A stretch of DNA of 46,890 nt from Nitrospinota bacterium (lineage in GTDB: Bacteria > UBA8248): the NCBI GenBank assembly GCA_030754595.1, contig JASLZZ010000038.1, forward strand, positions 1 through 46,890. Reading direction: 5' to 3'. The translations under genes and the position numbers were made by a program. This document shows positions 9,340-18,078 of the stretch, piece by piece. Each line of letters begins with the position of its first letter. The stretch's first letter is position 1. The notes below the pieces were generated by a model that searched no databases, was not told where the DNA came from, and was given only the letters and a program-made list of their open reading frames with translations.

Positions 9340-9954
9340 GAGTCAATCCCATCTTTAGTTGAAACTGAGGCGCCGCCGTCCCGTGGCGCTTCATGCCGCC
9401 TCCCTTGAAGTCTTCCTTTCGTTTTCAATCTTCATTTCCCGCTGCAATGCCTCGCGCAGTTTGGGCAGATGACGGTAGCCCTTGATGCGCCCGAGCCTGG
9501 GCTCGATGTCGAGTAGCGAGGCGGCCAGCCAGCGGTGTTTCTGGCGGGAGTTCGTCCAGTGGTCGACCTTCGCGCAGCGCTCCTCGACCTGGGAGAGGAC
9601 CGATTCGATGCAGTTGGTGGTCTTGAGGCTGCGGCCCAGAAGAGCGAACACCCCCAGGCGGTGAAGCGTGAGGGTTTCCTCGAAGCCCTCCTCCAGCATC
9701 TCCCCCACCTGGAGCAGACCCAGCGGGATGAGCGCCCGAATGAGCTCGACACGCCCCTCCAGGTCCATGCTCTCGACCTCTTCCCGCCTCACGACCCGCG
9801 GCTCACCCATCCGGCGGCCCTTCCTGCGCCTAACACCCTGCTGTAAAATCCCCATCGCGTGGTTCCTCCCATTTAGGCGGATGGCGTCTGGCGACACCAG
9901 ACAACCGCAGGGGACGGAACCACCTCAAATCTCAACTAAGATTGGGACAAACTA
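9340..9954 (-). mobile_element. Internally deleted IS256-family element (~615 bp, non-autonomous)
   Basis: Imperfect terminal inverted repeats (GAGTCAATCCCATCTTTAGTTGA vs reverse complement TAGTTTGTCCCAATCTTAGTTGA); 8-bp flanking direct repeat TTCCTTCG (9332-9339) / TTCCTTCT (9955-9962); transposase fragment inside. Confidence 0.85.
9391..9897 (-). pseudogene. IS256 transposase with in-frame internal deletion
   Basis: N-terminal VELIRALIPLGL..EMLEE is fused to C-terminal GFEETLTLHRLG..SLKTTNCIES...RW.AA.LL..E..L.RIKGY. Only 168 aa versus roughly 400 aa for a full enzyme. Start codon uncertain. Confidence 0.85.
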
Positions 9955-9961
9955 TTCCTTC

Positions 9962-9990
9962 TTGACACTCCCATACCGGATTGCTAGGTT
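9962..9990 (+). promoter_or_regulatory. Sigma-70 promoter of the atp F0 operon
   Basis: TTGACA-17 bp-TAGGTT with an extended -10 TG at 9982-9983. Confidence 0.7.
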
Positions 9991-10030
9991 GCCGCCGCAT
10001 GATTCATGGGGCGGCTGAAGGGGAGGGTTT

Positions 10031-10294
10031 TTGATGACCTCACGCCTTTCAGAGGGGGACCGATCCTCTAATCCTCCAGGTTCCAACCAAAAAAGTGACG
10101 AAAAATACCGGATTAGGTTGCAGCAACTCAGGGCTGCCTCGGTCGGTTGGAATTTCATCACAGCCCCTTTTGTGGGTGGAGGGTTGGGTTACAGCCTGGA
10201 TTGGTTTTTTTCCACCTACCCATGGGTGATGATCGTGGGAGTAATCTTGGGCTTTGTTTCAGCATTCATTGAGTTATTAAGGATTTCGCGTTAA
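10031..10294 (+). CDS. atpZ: AtpZ/AtpR-family ATP synthase accessory protein
   Basis: G.GLGY.LD.FF.T.PW.MI.G.ILG pattern; first gene of the atp cluster. Start is 10031 or 10034. Confidence 0.85.
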   Translation: MMTSRLSEGDRSSNPPGSNQKSDEKYRIRLQQLRAASVGWNFITAPFVGGGLGYSLDWFFSTYPWVMIVGVILGFVSAFIELLRISR

Positions 10295-10705
10295 GTGGAA
10301 CATAACCCGTTGCCCCCTGCCCTGGAGCCCTCATCCATACTGAATAAGATCCAAAAATCGGGGTGGGCGATTCTGTTGTCGCTCGCGGCGGTTTCCCTGA
10401 TTTATGGCTCGCCGTTATTCGCGATGGGCGTCGCGGCCGGCGGCGCCTTGGGCTTGGGTAACTTCCGCGGGATGGACATATATTTCGATTTGGCTTTCAG
10501 GCCGGGAAACACGAAGCTCAAGTGGTGGCACCATGCCCTTTACGCTGCCAGGTTCCTGGCCTTGCTTGCGGCCGTGGCCGGCGCTATCGCCTGGGGGGGC
10601 CTCCCAGTAGTTAGCGTGGTTATTGGACTTTCAACTCCCGTTATGGGAATTGTTTTTTATGGGGCACTCGCCCTCATAAAAGGAGAAGCCGCAGCAAGGG
10701 CCTAA
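10295..10705 (+). CDS. atpI: ATP synthase protein I
   Basis: Four TM segments, GVAAGGALGLGNF motif, located between atpZ and atpB. Confidence 0.8.
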   Translation: MEHNPLPPALEPSSILNKIQKSGWAILLSLAAVSLIYGSPLFAMGVAAGGALGLGNFRGMDIYFDLAFRPGNTKLKWWHHALYAARFLALLAAVAGAIAWGGLPVVSVVIGLSTPVMGIVFYGALALIKGEAAARA

Positions 10706-10708
10706 GCC

Positions 10709-11425
10709 ATGGAAAAATTTCACCCCTTTCTCTATCTTGGATTTGTTCCCGGCTTCGACGATTTTCCAAACATCGTTTATAGCTGGGCGGTGATGGCATT
10801 CCTGATCGCTGTCTCCGTTTTGGCGACCCGGAGCCTTCAAGCCATTCCGGTTGGAAGCCAAAACGTCCTAGAAACCCTTTTCGAGGGTGTCTCAACGTTT
10901 ATGAGCGATACGTTGGGGCCGGAGGGAAAACCCTATTTTCCCTTGATTTTCACCCTCGCCGTTTACATTTTCCTCTCCAACGTAATCGGCATCCTCCCGG
11001 GCTTCATGGCGCCAACAAGCAATATCAACACCAACATCGGATGCGCGCTGACAGTTTTTTTGGCCACCCACTACATTGGGCTCAAAAAGAGCGGCGTCAA
11101 ATATCTGGAGCATTTCACCGGGCCGATTCTTTGGTTGGCGCCGCTCATGATCCCCATCGAAATCATCTCTCACCTCGCCCGCCCTCTCTCGCTCACCCTG
11201 CGCCTGTTCGGAAACATCACCGGCGAGGAGTTGGTGCTGGGGGTGCTCATGCTCCTTTGCCTCCAGATATTTCTGCCCCTGCCCTGGGCAATGCAGATGT
11301 TCTCTATTTTCGGAAGTTTCATTCAAGCCTTTGTCTTTGTGCTTCTGACCATGATATACATCGCCGGGTCTCTGGAAGGGCACGATCACGACGAACATGG
11401 TGAAGAACACGCTCATGCCAATTAA
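10709..11425 (+). CDS. atpB: ATP synthase F0 subunit a
   Basis: IP...QN..E, APTSNIN, PIEIISHLARPLSLTLRLFGNI (essential Arg), IQAFVF..LT..YI. Confidence 0.96.
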   Translation: MEKFHPFLYLGFVPGFDDFPNIVYSWAVMAFLIAVSVLATRSLQAIPVGSQNVLETLFEGVSTFMSDTLGPEGKPYFPLIFTLAVYIFLSNVIGILPGFMAPTSNINTNIGCALTVFLATHYIGLKKSGVKYLEHFTGPILWLAPLMIPIEIISHLARPLSLTLRLFGNITGEELVLGVLMLLCLQIFLPLPWAMQMFSIFGSFIQAFVFVLLTMIYIAGSLEGHDHDEHGEEHAHAN

Positions 11426-11466
11426 GGGTTAGCCTGACCCAAAACCTCAACAAGGAGAATGGACGG

Positions 11467-11781
11467 ATGATGAAAAGGCTCGGAATCTTGGGTCTCGGTA
11501 TCGCTTCTTACGCCGCTATGGCCACCAACGCTTTTGCGGCCGGGGGCGGAGAGGCGGAAGTTCTGAAGTGGAGAATTATTTCCTCGGCCTTCGCACTCGC
11601 GGTCGCAGCCGCCGCTGGCGCTTTCTCCCAGGGCCGGAGCATTTCCAGCGCACTCGACGGAATTGCACGCAATCCGGGAGCGGGCGGCGACATTCGCATA
11701 ACCATGATCATCGGTCTCGCTCTCATCGAATCGCTGGTCATCTATACGTTTGTTATTTGTCTGATCATCATCCTTGTCTGA
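11467..11781 (+). CDS. atpE: ATP synthase F0 subunit c with N-terminal leader
   Basis: ARNP loop, GLALIESLVIY, RBS AAGGAG. Confidence 0.95.
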   Translation: MMKRLGILGLGIASYAAMATNAFAAGGGEAEVLKWRIISSAFALAVAAAAGAFSQGRSISSALDGIARNPGAGGDIRITMIIGLALIESLVIYTFVICLIIILV

Positions 11782-11818
11782 TCATCATCCTTTGATTCAG
11801 GCGGCTATCAGGCAACCT

Positions 11819-11855
11819 GAAAGGGGGGCAAGGTTTCTTGCCCCCCTTTCTTTTT
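11819..11855 (+). terminator. Intrinsic terminator after atpE
   Basis: GAAAGGGGGGCAAG-gttt-CTTGCCCCCCTTTC followed by TTTTT. Confidence 0.85.
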
Positions 11856-11883
11856 CCCGCAACCCGCGGGCCGGGCCAACACG

Positions 11884-12615
11884 ATGCTTGAAACCGGCGG
11901 CTCCGAGAAATACAGCGACAATCCAGACATACCGGCCAAAGCCACTTCTGTATTTTCGCCCGGTGATCTTTCCGAATTCGCCCACGGGAAAATTCCGGAT
12001 GCCACCATCCGGCGCCTTTCCACCTACCAGCGAATGTCGAACAAAATAGAGGAGGAAGGAATCAAGATCGCTTCCTCGGCCGAATTGGTCCGCCGCTGCA
12101 GAGTTAACCCGGCCCAAATCAGAAAAGACCTCGCCTACTTCGGCGGCTTCGGAATTCGAGGAAAAGGATATTACGTCAAGGCATTGCGAGAGAATCTCAA
12201 GAAAATTCTCGGCGTCACCGACGTATGGAAGGTAGCCCTCGTCGGCGCCGGAAATCTTGGCTCCGCTTTGCTTGCTTATAAAGAGTTTTTGTCCCACGCC
12301 TTCATCATCGATGCGGTATTTGACAAATTTCCCGAAAAGACGCGGCCGCAAAAGCGGGGTTCATCTCCGATCCTTCCCATAACCAAACTCAAATCCGTTG
12401 TTCAACGCAAAAAAATCGAAATTGGAATCGTCGCTCTTCCGAGCGAGGCGGCGCAGGGTGTGGTTACGCGGCTGGCGGAAGCCGGCGTCAGAGGCATTCT
12501 CAATTTCGCACCGACTCAGGTCTTCGCGCCCAAAAGCGTATGGATCAAAAATGGAGATCTAGGCAGCGAACTCGAACTCCTCTCCTACCATCTATCGAAA
12601 AAAAATGGAGATTGA
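11884..12615 (+). CDS. rex: Redox-sensing transcriptional repressor Rex
   Basis: IPDATIRRLS.Y, QIRKDLAYFG.FG.RG.GY, VGAGNLG.AL, GILNFAP. The true start may be later. Confidence 0.95.
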   Translation: MLETGGSEKYSDNPDIPAKATSVFSPGDLSEFAHGKIPDATIRRLSTYQRMSNKIEEEGIKIASSAELVRRCRVNPAQIRKDLAYFGGFGIRGKGYYVKALRENLKKILGVTDVWKVALVGAGNLGSALLAYKEFLSHAFIIDAVFDKFPEKTRPQKRGSSPILPITKLKSVVQRKKIEIGIVALPSEAAQGVVTRLAEAGVRGILNFAPTQVFAPKSVWIKNGDLGSELELLSYHLSKKNGD

Positions 12616-12623
12616 GTCAACGG

Positions 12624-13373
12624 ATGGCCGCTCTTTCAAAAAACCTATCGCCCCCCGGCAATGAATGGCTCCTCGCGGTGGACACATCCTTTCCTAGGGG
12701 CGGACTGGCTCTCTTTTCCCCCGCAAGCGGTGAGACCCACGTGAAAATCCTGCCCGAAAAGGTGCGCACCTCGCGCGTTCTTCTCCCCGCGATAGAGAGT
12801 CTGATGACGGAAACCCGGGTCCCCGGAGAATCTATCCTCGCCGTCACGGCCGCTATCGGCCCCGGATCGTTCACCGGCCTTCGGATTGGTCTTTCGACCC
12901 TCAAGGGCCTTTCCATGGGTTGGGGATGTCCCCTCTACGGGATACCTTCGTTCGACGCGCTGGCGGACACGGCCCTGAGAGGATGGCTTGCCGAAGGCCG
13001 CGAGGCGCCCGGCTGGATTCTCACTTGCCGCGATGCGCGGCATGAAGAACTTTTCTCGGCTCTATTTAAGCCAAATTACCGAAACGAGGAACCGGGCGTC
13101 CTGCGCGTTGAGAAGGATCGGGTGGGCCCCTTCAGTGAAATCCCCCTTCCCGGCAAGGGAGATATATTGATTGTTTCGGGAGAAAATGACCGGCTGGCGA
13201 ACATCGCGGAAAGCAAAAACCGCGCCGAGGTTCTATATTGGGACCTGAGCATCGCACCCGAAGGAGTCGCCCGCCTCGCCTGGCGAGATATGAGTGAAGG
13301 CCGGCCGGACGCTCCCCCCGGCCTTGAGCCAATCTACGGGAGGAGGCCCAGGGCCGAAACGATGTGGGGGTGA
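12624..13373 (+). CDS. tsaB: tRNA threonylcarbamoyladenosine biosynthesis protein TsaB
   Basis: LAVDTS, GPGSFTGLRIG, DAR..E, LEPIY.R. Start moved to ATG 12624 to avoid overlapping rex. Confidence 0.92.
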   Translation: MAALSKNLSPPGNEWLLAVDTSFPRGGLALFSPASGETHVKILPEKVRTSRVLLPAIESLMTETRVPGESILAVTAAIGPGSFTGLRIGLSTLKGLSMGWGCPLYGIPSFDALADTALRGWLAEGREAPGWILTCRDARHEELFSALFKPNYRNEEPGVLRVEKDRVGPFSEIPLPGKGDILIVSGENDRLANIAESKNRAEVLYWDLSIAPEGVARLAWRDMSEGRPDAPPGLEPIYGRRPRAETMWG

Positions 13374-13375
13374 GG

Positions 13376-13404
13376 TTGACCGGACGGGGGCAATTCCTTA
13401 GGTT
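13376..13404 (+). promoter_or_regulatory. Putative sigma-70 promoter
   Basis: TTGACC-17 bp-TAGGTT; same -10 hexamer as the atp promoter. Confidence 0.55.
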
Positions 13405-13500
13405 TAGAAATGGGCCCGGGGGGGGAGGACATCTTCGGGATTATCACCGCGCTAATCTATCCTTTTTTCTTGTAACCTATTGTTTATTGGAGGGTATTGT

Positions 13501-13722
13501 ATGACCGCAGCGGAGGAAAACGGCCAACATCAAGAGGTGACTGTCGAGCCGGACGAACTCCAGCGCCTCAAGGCCGAACACGCCCACCTCAAGGAAAAAA
13601 TCTCGACTCTCGAAGAACTCAGATTCCCTTCCGATCGGGAAGAATCCCAGATTAAACAGTTAAAAAAGGAGAAACTCTCGGTCAAGGAAAAATTGACCAA
13701 ACTCCAGTTCAAGAACGGCTAA
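13501..13722 (+). CDS. YdcH/DUF465-family small coiled-coil protein
   Basis: GGAGG RBS; L.RLK.EH..L...I..L.....P...EE..IK.LKKEKL..KE.L pattern. Confidence 0.8.
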   Translation: MTAAEENGQHQEVTVEPDELQRLKAEHAHLKEKISTLEELRFPSDREESQIKQLKKEKLSVKEKLTKLQFKNG

Positions 13723-13781
13723 AGCCCGGCCAAGTTCCGGACGAAAAGAACAGTTGGAAAGCAAGATCAACACTTTAGCCC

Positions 13782-13811
13782 TTGACCTCGTATCGAAAAC
13801 TGGCCTATAGT
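13782..13811 (+). promoter_or_regulatory. Putative sigma-70 promoter of the ilv operon
   Basis: TTGACC-18 bp-TATAGT, about 280 nt upstream of ilvB. Confidence 0.55.
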
Positions 13812-13932
13812 TCAGCCGTTTTCGGCGAAGTCCAGCCGCCGGATTGAGCGGCGGCCACTCATATTAGGATATCGCCGGGCTGACCCGGGTTCTTGCCAGT
13901 TCCGGTCCTATCGAAACAGGGGTTGCGGCCTA

Positions 13933-14025
13933 ATGTATCCGATAGTTGTTTCCCAGGTAAAAAAGTCTGTCGTAAGGAGGGGGCGGTGCGCTTCAACGCG
14001 CCTCCCCCTGATTTAGATTTTTACC
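13933..14025 (+). promoter_or_regulatory. Candidate leader peptide plus attenuator hairpin upstream of ilvB
   Basis: uORF 13933-14016 MYPIVVSQVKKSVVRRGRCASTRLPLI* (9 of 27 residues are I/V/L); 13-bp hairpin at 13978-14009 followed by a T-rich tract. Confidence 0.4.
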
Positions 14026-14092
14026 TCGAAACAATTTTTTTCGGATCAACCCAATTCGCCGAGAGCGGCGCGCCCGCTTCGGTTGAGGAGCT

Positions 14093-15865
14093 TTGGCCGT
14101 GACCGCTAAGTCCAGCACCCCCACTAATCTCAGAAGCAAAACACTCTCGGGCGCCGAGATCATCTACCGCTGCCTCGGACTCGAGGGCGTGGAGTTCATC
14201 TTCGGTCACCCGGGGGCCGTTCTTCTCACCCTTCTGGACCTTTTCCTCGAGCGCTCGAAAATCAAACACGTGCTCACCCGGCACGAGCAGTGCGCAGCGC
14301 ACATGGCCGAGGGCTACGCCCGCGCAAGCGGCGGGGTCGGCGTCTGCCTCACGACATCGGGGCCCGGCGCCACCAATCTCATCACCGGAATCACCGACGC
14401 CTACATGGACTCGATTCCGATCGTCTGCCTGACAGGCCAGGTCTCCACCTCGGTGGTCGGAAACGACGCATTCCAGGAAGCCGATATCGTCGGGATGACG
14501 CGGACGGTCACCAAGCACAACTACCTGATCAAAAACATGGCGGATCTCGCTCCCTCGATCCGCGAGGCTTTCCACATCGCGCGGACGGGCCGGCCCGGCC
14601 CCGTCCTCATCGATCTGCCCAAGGACATCCTTCTCGGCGAGGCGCCGTTTCAGGTTCCCGAGGGCGAGGTGGACATCCGGGGCTACAAACCCAGGACCAA
14701 GGGCCACCCCCGGCAGATCAAGCGGGTCGCCGAAGCCATCAAGGAGGCCAAAAAACCGGTCCTCTACGTGGGCGGCGGGGTCATTCACGCCGATGCCAGC
14801 AAGGAGGTCGAAAAACTCGCCACGGCGGCCGATATCCCGGTCACCTGGACCCTCCTCGGCGCGGGCGCCTTCCCGAGCGAAAATAAACTCTCGCTCGGCA
14901 TGCTGGGCATGCACGGAACCGCCTACGCCAACATGGCCGTGGACGAATGCGACCTCCTGATCGCCGTGGGCGCCCGCTTCGACGACCGCGTGACGGGAAA
15001 AGTCTCCGAATTCGCGACCAAAGCCAAGATCATTCACATCGATATCGACCCCACCGCAATCGGCAAGAACCTTCCGGTGGAAATTCCCGTCGTAGGCGAC
15101 GCCAAGCAGGTGCTCCGCGAGATCAACAAACTCGTCAAAAGGCAAAAACGCACCCTTTGGCATAAACGCGTCGATCGGTTCAAGGAGGATTTTCCCCTGA
15201 CGTTCGAGGCCGCCGAGGGGGGGCCCATCAAGCCCCAGGAAGCCATCCTTACCCTCAGCGAGGAAGCCGGAGGAGATGCCATCTTCACCACCGAGGTCGG
15301 CCAACATCAGATGTGGGCCGCCCAGTACCTTCAGGTCTCCTTTCCGAGACATTTTATTTCCTCGGGCGGACTCGGAACCATGGGCTTCGGTTTCCCGGCG
15401 GCGATCGGCGCCTCCCTGGCGCGGCCCGACAAGCTTGTGATCGACATCGCCGGGGACGGCAGCTTTCAGATGGTGCTCCAGGAGATGGCCACGACGGTTC
15501 AGTACGGAATTCCCGTCAAGGTGTTCATCCTGAACAACTACGGCCTCGGAATGGTGCGCCAGTGGCAGGATTTATTCATGGACCGCCGCTTCAGCGAGGT
15601 CGGCCTTGAAGTGGGCCCCGACTATGTCCAGCTTGCCGCCGCCTACGGCGCCAAGGGACTTCACATCGAGGACCGATGCGACCTGCGCCCGGCCATCCAG
15701 GAGATGATCAAAACGCCGGGCCCGTTCATCCTTGACGTGAAAGTGGACCCCGACGAGTTGGTTTTCCCGATGGTCCCGGCGGGCGGCGCGAACAGGGACA
15801 TGTTCCTGAATGACCCAAGAAAGAAAAAACCAAAAGGCAGGCTCAGCGCCCTGCCGGATAATTAG
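14093..15865 (+). CDS. ilvB: Acetohydroxyacid synthase large subunit (copy 1)
   Basis: RHEQ, TSGPGATN, GNDAFQE, GMLGMHG, RFDDRVTG, VGQHQMW, SGGLGTMG, GDGSFQM..NN, GMVRQWQ. Start codon uncertain. Confidence 0.95.
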   Translation: MAVTAKSSTPTNLRSKTLSGAEIIYRCLGLEGVEFIFGHPGAVLLTLLDLFLERSKIKHVLTRHEQCAAHMAEGYARASGGVGVCLTTSGPGATNLITGITDAYMDSIPIVCLTGQVSTSVVGNDAFQEADIVGMTRTVTKHNYLIKNMADLAPSIREAFHIARTGRPGPVLIDLPKDILLGEAPFQVPEGEVDIRGYKPRTKGHPRQIKRVAEAIKEAKKPVLYVGGGVIHADASKEVEKLATAADIPVTWTLLGAGAFPSENKLSLGMLGMHGTAYANMAVDECDLLIAVGARFDDRVTGKVSEFATKAKIIHIDIDPTAIGKNLPVEIPVVGDAKQVLREINKLVKRQKRTLWHKRVDRFKEDFPLTFEAAEGGPIKPQEAILTLSEEAGGDAIFTTEVGQHQMWAAQYLQVSFPRHFISSGGLGTMGFGFPAAIGASLARPDKLVIDIAGDGSFQMVLQEMATTVQYGIPVKVFILNNYGLGMVRQWQDLFMDRRFSEVGLEVGPDYVQLAAAYGAKGLHIEDRCDLRPAIQEMIKTPGPFILDVKVDPDELVFPMVPAGGANRDMFLNDPRKKKPKGRLSALPDN

Positions 15866-15877
15866 GAGGAACCGCCC

Positions 15878-17578
15878 GTGGAGCTCTCCGGCTCTCAAAT
15901 CGTCATCGAGGAACTCAAAGCCAATGGCGTGGAAATCGCCTTCGGCATCCCCGGCGGCGCGATCATGCCCTTCTACGACGAGATCATGAAATCCGAGTTC
16001 CCCCATATCCTCACGCGGCACGAGCAGGGGGCCACCCACATGGCCGACGGATACGCCCGCGTCAGCGGCAAGGTGGCCGCCGTCATCACGACCTCGGGCC
16101 CCGGCGCGACCAACACCATCACCGGCCTGTGCAACGCGCAGATGGACTCGAGCCCCATCGTCGCCATCACCGGACAGGTCGCCACCCCCACCATCGGAAC
16201 CGACGCCTTTCAGGAGGCCGACACCTACGGATGCTCCATTCCGGTAACCAAGCACAACTGGCTGGTCAAGGATGTGCGCGAGCTTCAGGGCGTCGTCCGC
16301 GAGGCCGTCCGCGTTGCGACGACGGACCGGCCGGGGCCGGTGGTCATCGATTTCCCCAAAGACGTTCAGGTGGCCATGACGGAATACAATCCCCTTGAAA
16401 AAACGGAAACCGCCCTCTCCGCGGAGCCCATTTTCAGGATTCCCGAACCCGACACGAAGGCCATCGAACGCCTTCTGGAGGAACTCGAACGCTCCGAAAA
16501 ACCCGTCATCATAGCGGGCGCGGGAATCATCAAGGGCGGCGCCGCCGCCGAACTCGCCGAGTTCGCCCGGAGTGCGGAAATCCCCGTCATCAATACCCTG
16601 CTCGGCATGGGCGGCTTTCCGGGCTCTGATCCCCTCTTCCTCGGGATGCCGGGGATGCACGGCACCGCCTACGCCAATATGGCCCTTTGCGAATGCGACC
16701 TGCTGATCAACCTCGGTGGGCGGTTCGATGATCGCGTGACGGGCAAAGTCGCGGAGTTCGCTCCCGGCGCCACCATCGTTCACGTCGATATCGACGCGGC
16801 CGAGCTCGGCAAGCGGGTCGAAACCGACATTCCCATCCTGGCTGATGTACGGGATGTCCTTGCGCTACTCAACACCCAGGCGAGGAAAAAGGACCGCCAG
16901 GCGTGGCTCGGTAAAGTCGAAGCCTGGAAGCGCGACTATCCCCTTCAATATGACTGGGACGGGTCAATCAAGCCCCAGTACGTGATCGAGCAAATCCAGG
17001 AAGTCTCCGAGGGCAAGGGCACTTATATCTCGGGCGTCGGACAACACCAGATGTGGGCCGCCCAGTACCTTCGCTTCAACGAGCCGAACTCGTGGGTGTC
17101 CTCCGGCGGCCTGGGCACGATGGGCTTCGGCCTCCCCGCGTCAATCGGAGCCAAGGTGGGCCGGCCCGACAGGGAGGTCTGGCTCATCGACGGGGACGGC
17201 AGTTTCTCGATGAGTCTGGTCGAGTTGGCGACGGCCGCCACCTATAACATCCCCGTCAAAATCGCTATTCTGAACAACAACTATCTCGGGATGGTGCGGC
17301 AGTGGCAGGAACTCTTCTTCGAGAAGCGTTACTCTCATGTCCACTTTCCGAAGAGCCCGGACTTCGCCAAAATAGCCGAGGGCTACGGCGTCCGGGGATT
17401 TGATGTAAAAGACGTGGATCAGGTGCGGAGCACCCTTGAGCAGGCGGCCGAAATCGACGGGCCCGTCGTCATGAACTTTCACGTGAATCAGGAGGAGAAC
17501 GTTTGGCCGATGGTGCCCTCCGGCGCCGGAAACCATGAGATGCAGTTGGGGCCCCAATCCACGGAAAAATTGACATGA
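15878..17578 (+). CDS. ilvB: Acetohydroxyacid synthase large subunit (copy 2)
   Basis: Same motif set (GIPGGA, RHEQ, GDGS, MVRQWQ); strong AGGAGG RBS before GTG. Confidence 0.95.
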   Translation: MELSGSQIVIEELKANGVEIAFGIPGGAIMPFYDEIMKSEFPHILTRHEQGATHMADGYARVSGKVAAVITTSGPGATNTITGLCNAQMDSSPIVAITGQVATPTIGTDAFQEADTYGCSIPVTKHNWLVKDVRELQGVVREAVRVATTDRPGPVVIDFPKDVQVAMTEYNPLEKTETALSAEPIFRIPEPDTKAIERLLEELERSEKPVIIAGAGIIKGGAAAELAEFARSAEIPVINTLLGMGGFPGSDPLFLGMPGMHGTAYANMALCECDLLINLGGRFDDRVTGKVAEFAPGATIVHVDIDAAELGKRVETDIPILADVRDVLALLNTQARKKDRQAWLGKVEAWKRDYPLQYDWDGSIKPQYVIEQIQEVSEGKGTYISGVGQHQMWAAQYLRFNEPNSWVSSGGLGTMGFGLPASIGAKVGRPDREVWLIDGDGSFSMSLVELATAATYNIPVKIAILNNNYLGMVRQWQELFFEKRYSHVHFPKSPDFAKIAEGYGVRGFDVKDVDQVRSTLEQAAEIDGPVVMNFHVNQEENVWPMVPSGAGNHEMQLGPQSTEKLT

Positions 17579-18078
17579 GACAGGTATTTTCGATTCTGGT
17601 GAACAATCACGCGGGGGTTCTCTCGCACGTCTCGGGACTGTTCGCGCGGCGAGGCTATAACATCGAGAGCATCGCGGCCGGACCGACCGAAAACCCCGAA
17701 GCCACGCGGATCGTCATCGTCGCCTTCGGCGAGGAGGAAACGCTCGAGCAAATCGCCCACCAGCTTCGCAAACTCTACGATGTGCTCGAGGTGGAGCAAC
17801 TCCAATACAATCGCTCCGTCACGCGCGAGCTTGTCCTGGCGACCGTGTCGGCCGACGCCGATAAGCGCACCGAGGTGCTCCAAATCGCTAATGCCTTCGG
17901 AGCCAATATTGTCAACATTACAGACAACACTGTGACCCTCGAGGCGAGCGGAAACGACCATAAAACGCGGATACTAATCAAGGCCCTCGAGCGGTACGGC
18001 ATCTCCAACATGGCCCGAACCGGTATGATCGCCCTGCCCTTTGACGAAATGACAGACGAATGGGAGCCCCTGGCCTGA
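17575..18078 (+). CDS. ilvN: Acetohydroxyacid synthase small (regulatory) subunit, copy 1
   Basis: ACT domain N..GVLS.V.GLF.RRGYNIES, REL.L..V, ARTG.IA. Confidence 0.93.
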   Translation: MRQVFSILVNNHAGVLSHVSGLFARRGYNIESIAAGPTENPEATRIVIVAFGEEETLEQIAHQLRKLYDVLEVEQLQYNRSVTRELVLATVSADADKRTEVLQIANAFGANIVNITDNTVTLEASGNDHKTRILIKALERYGISNMARTGMIALPFDEMTDEWEPLA

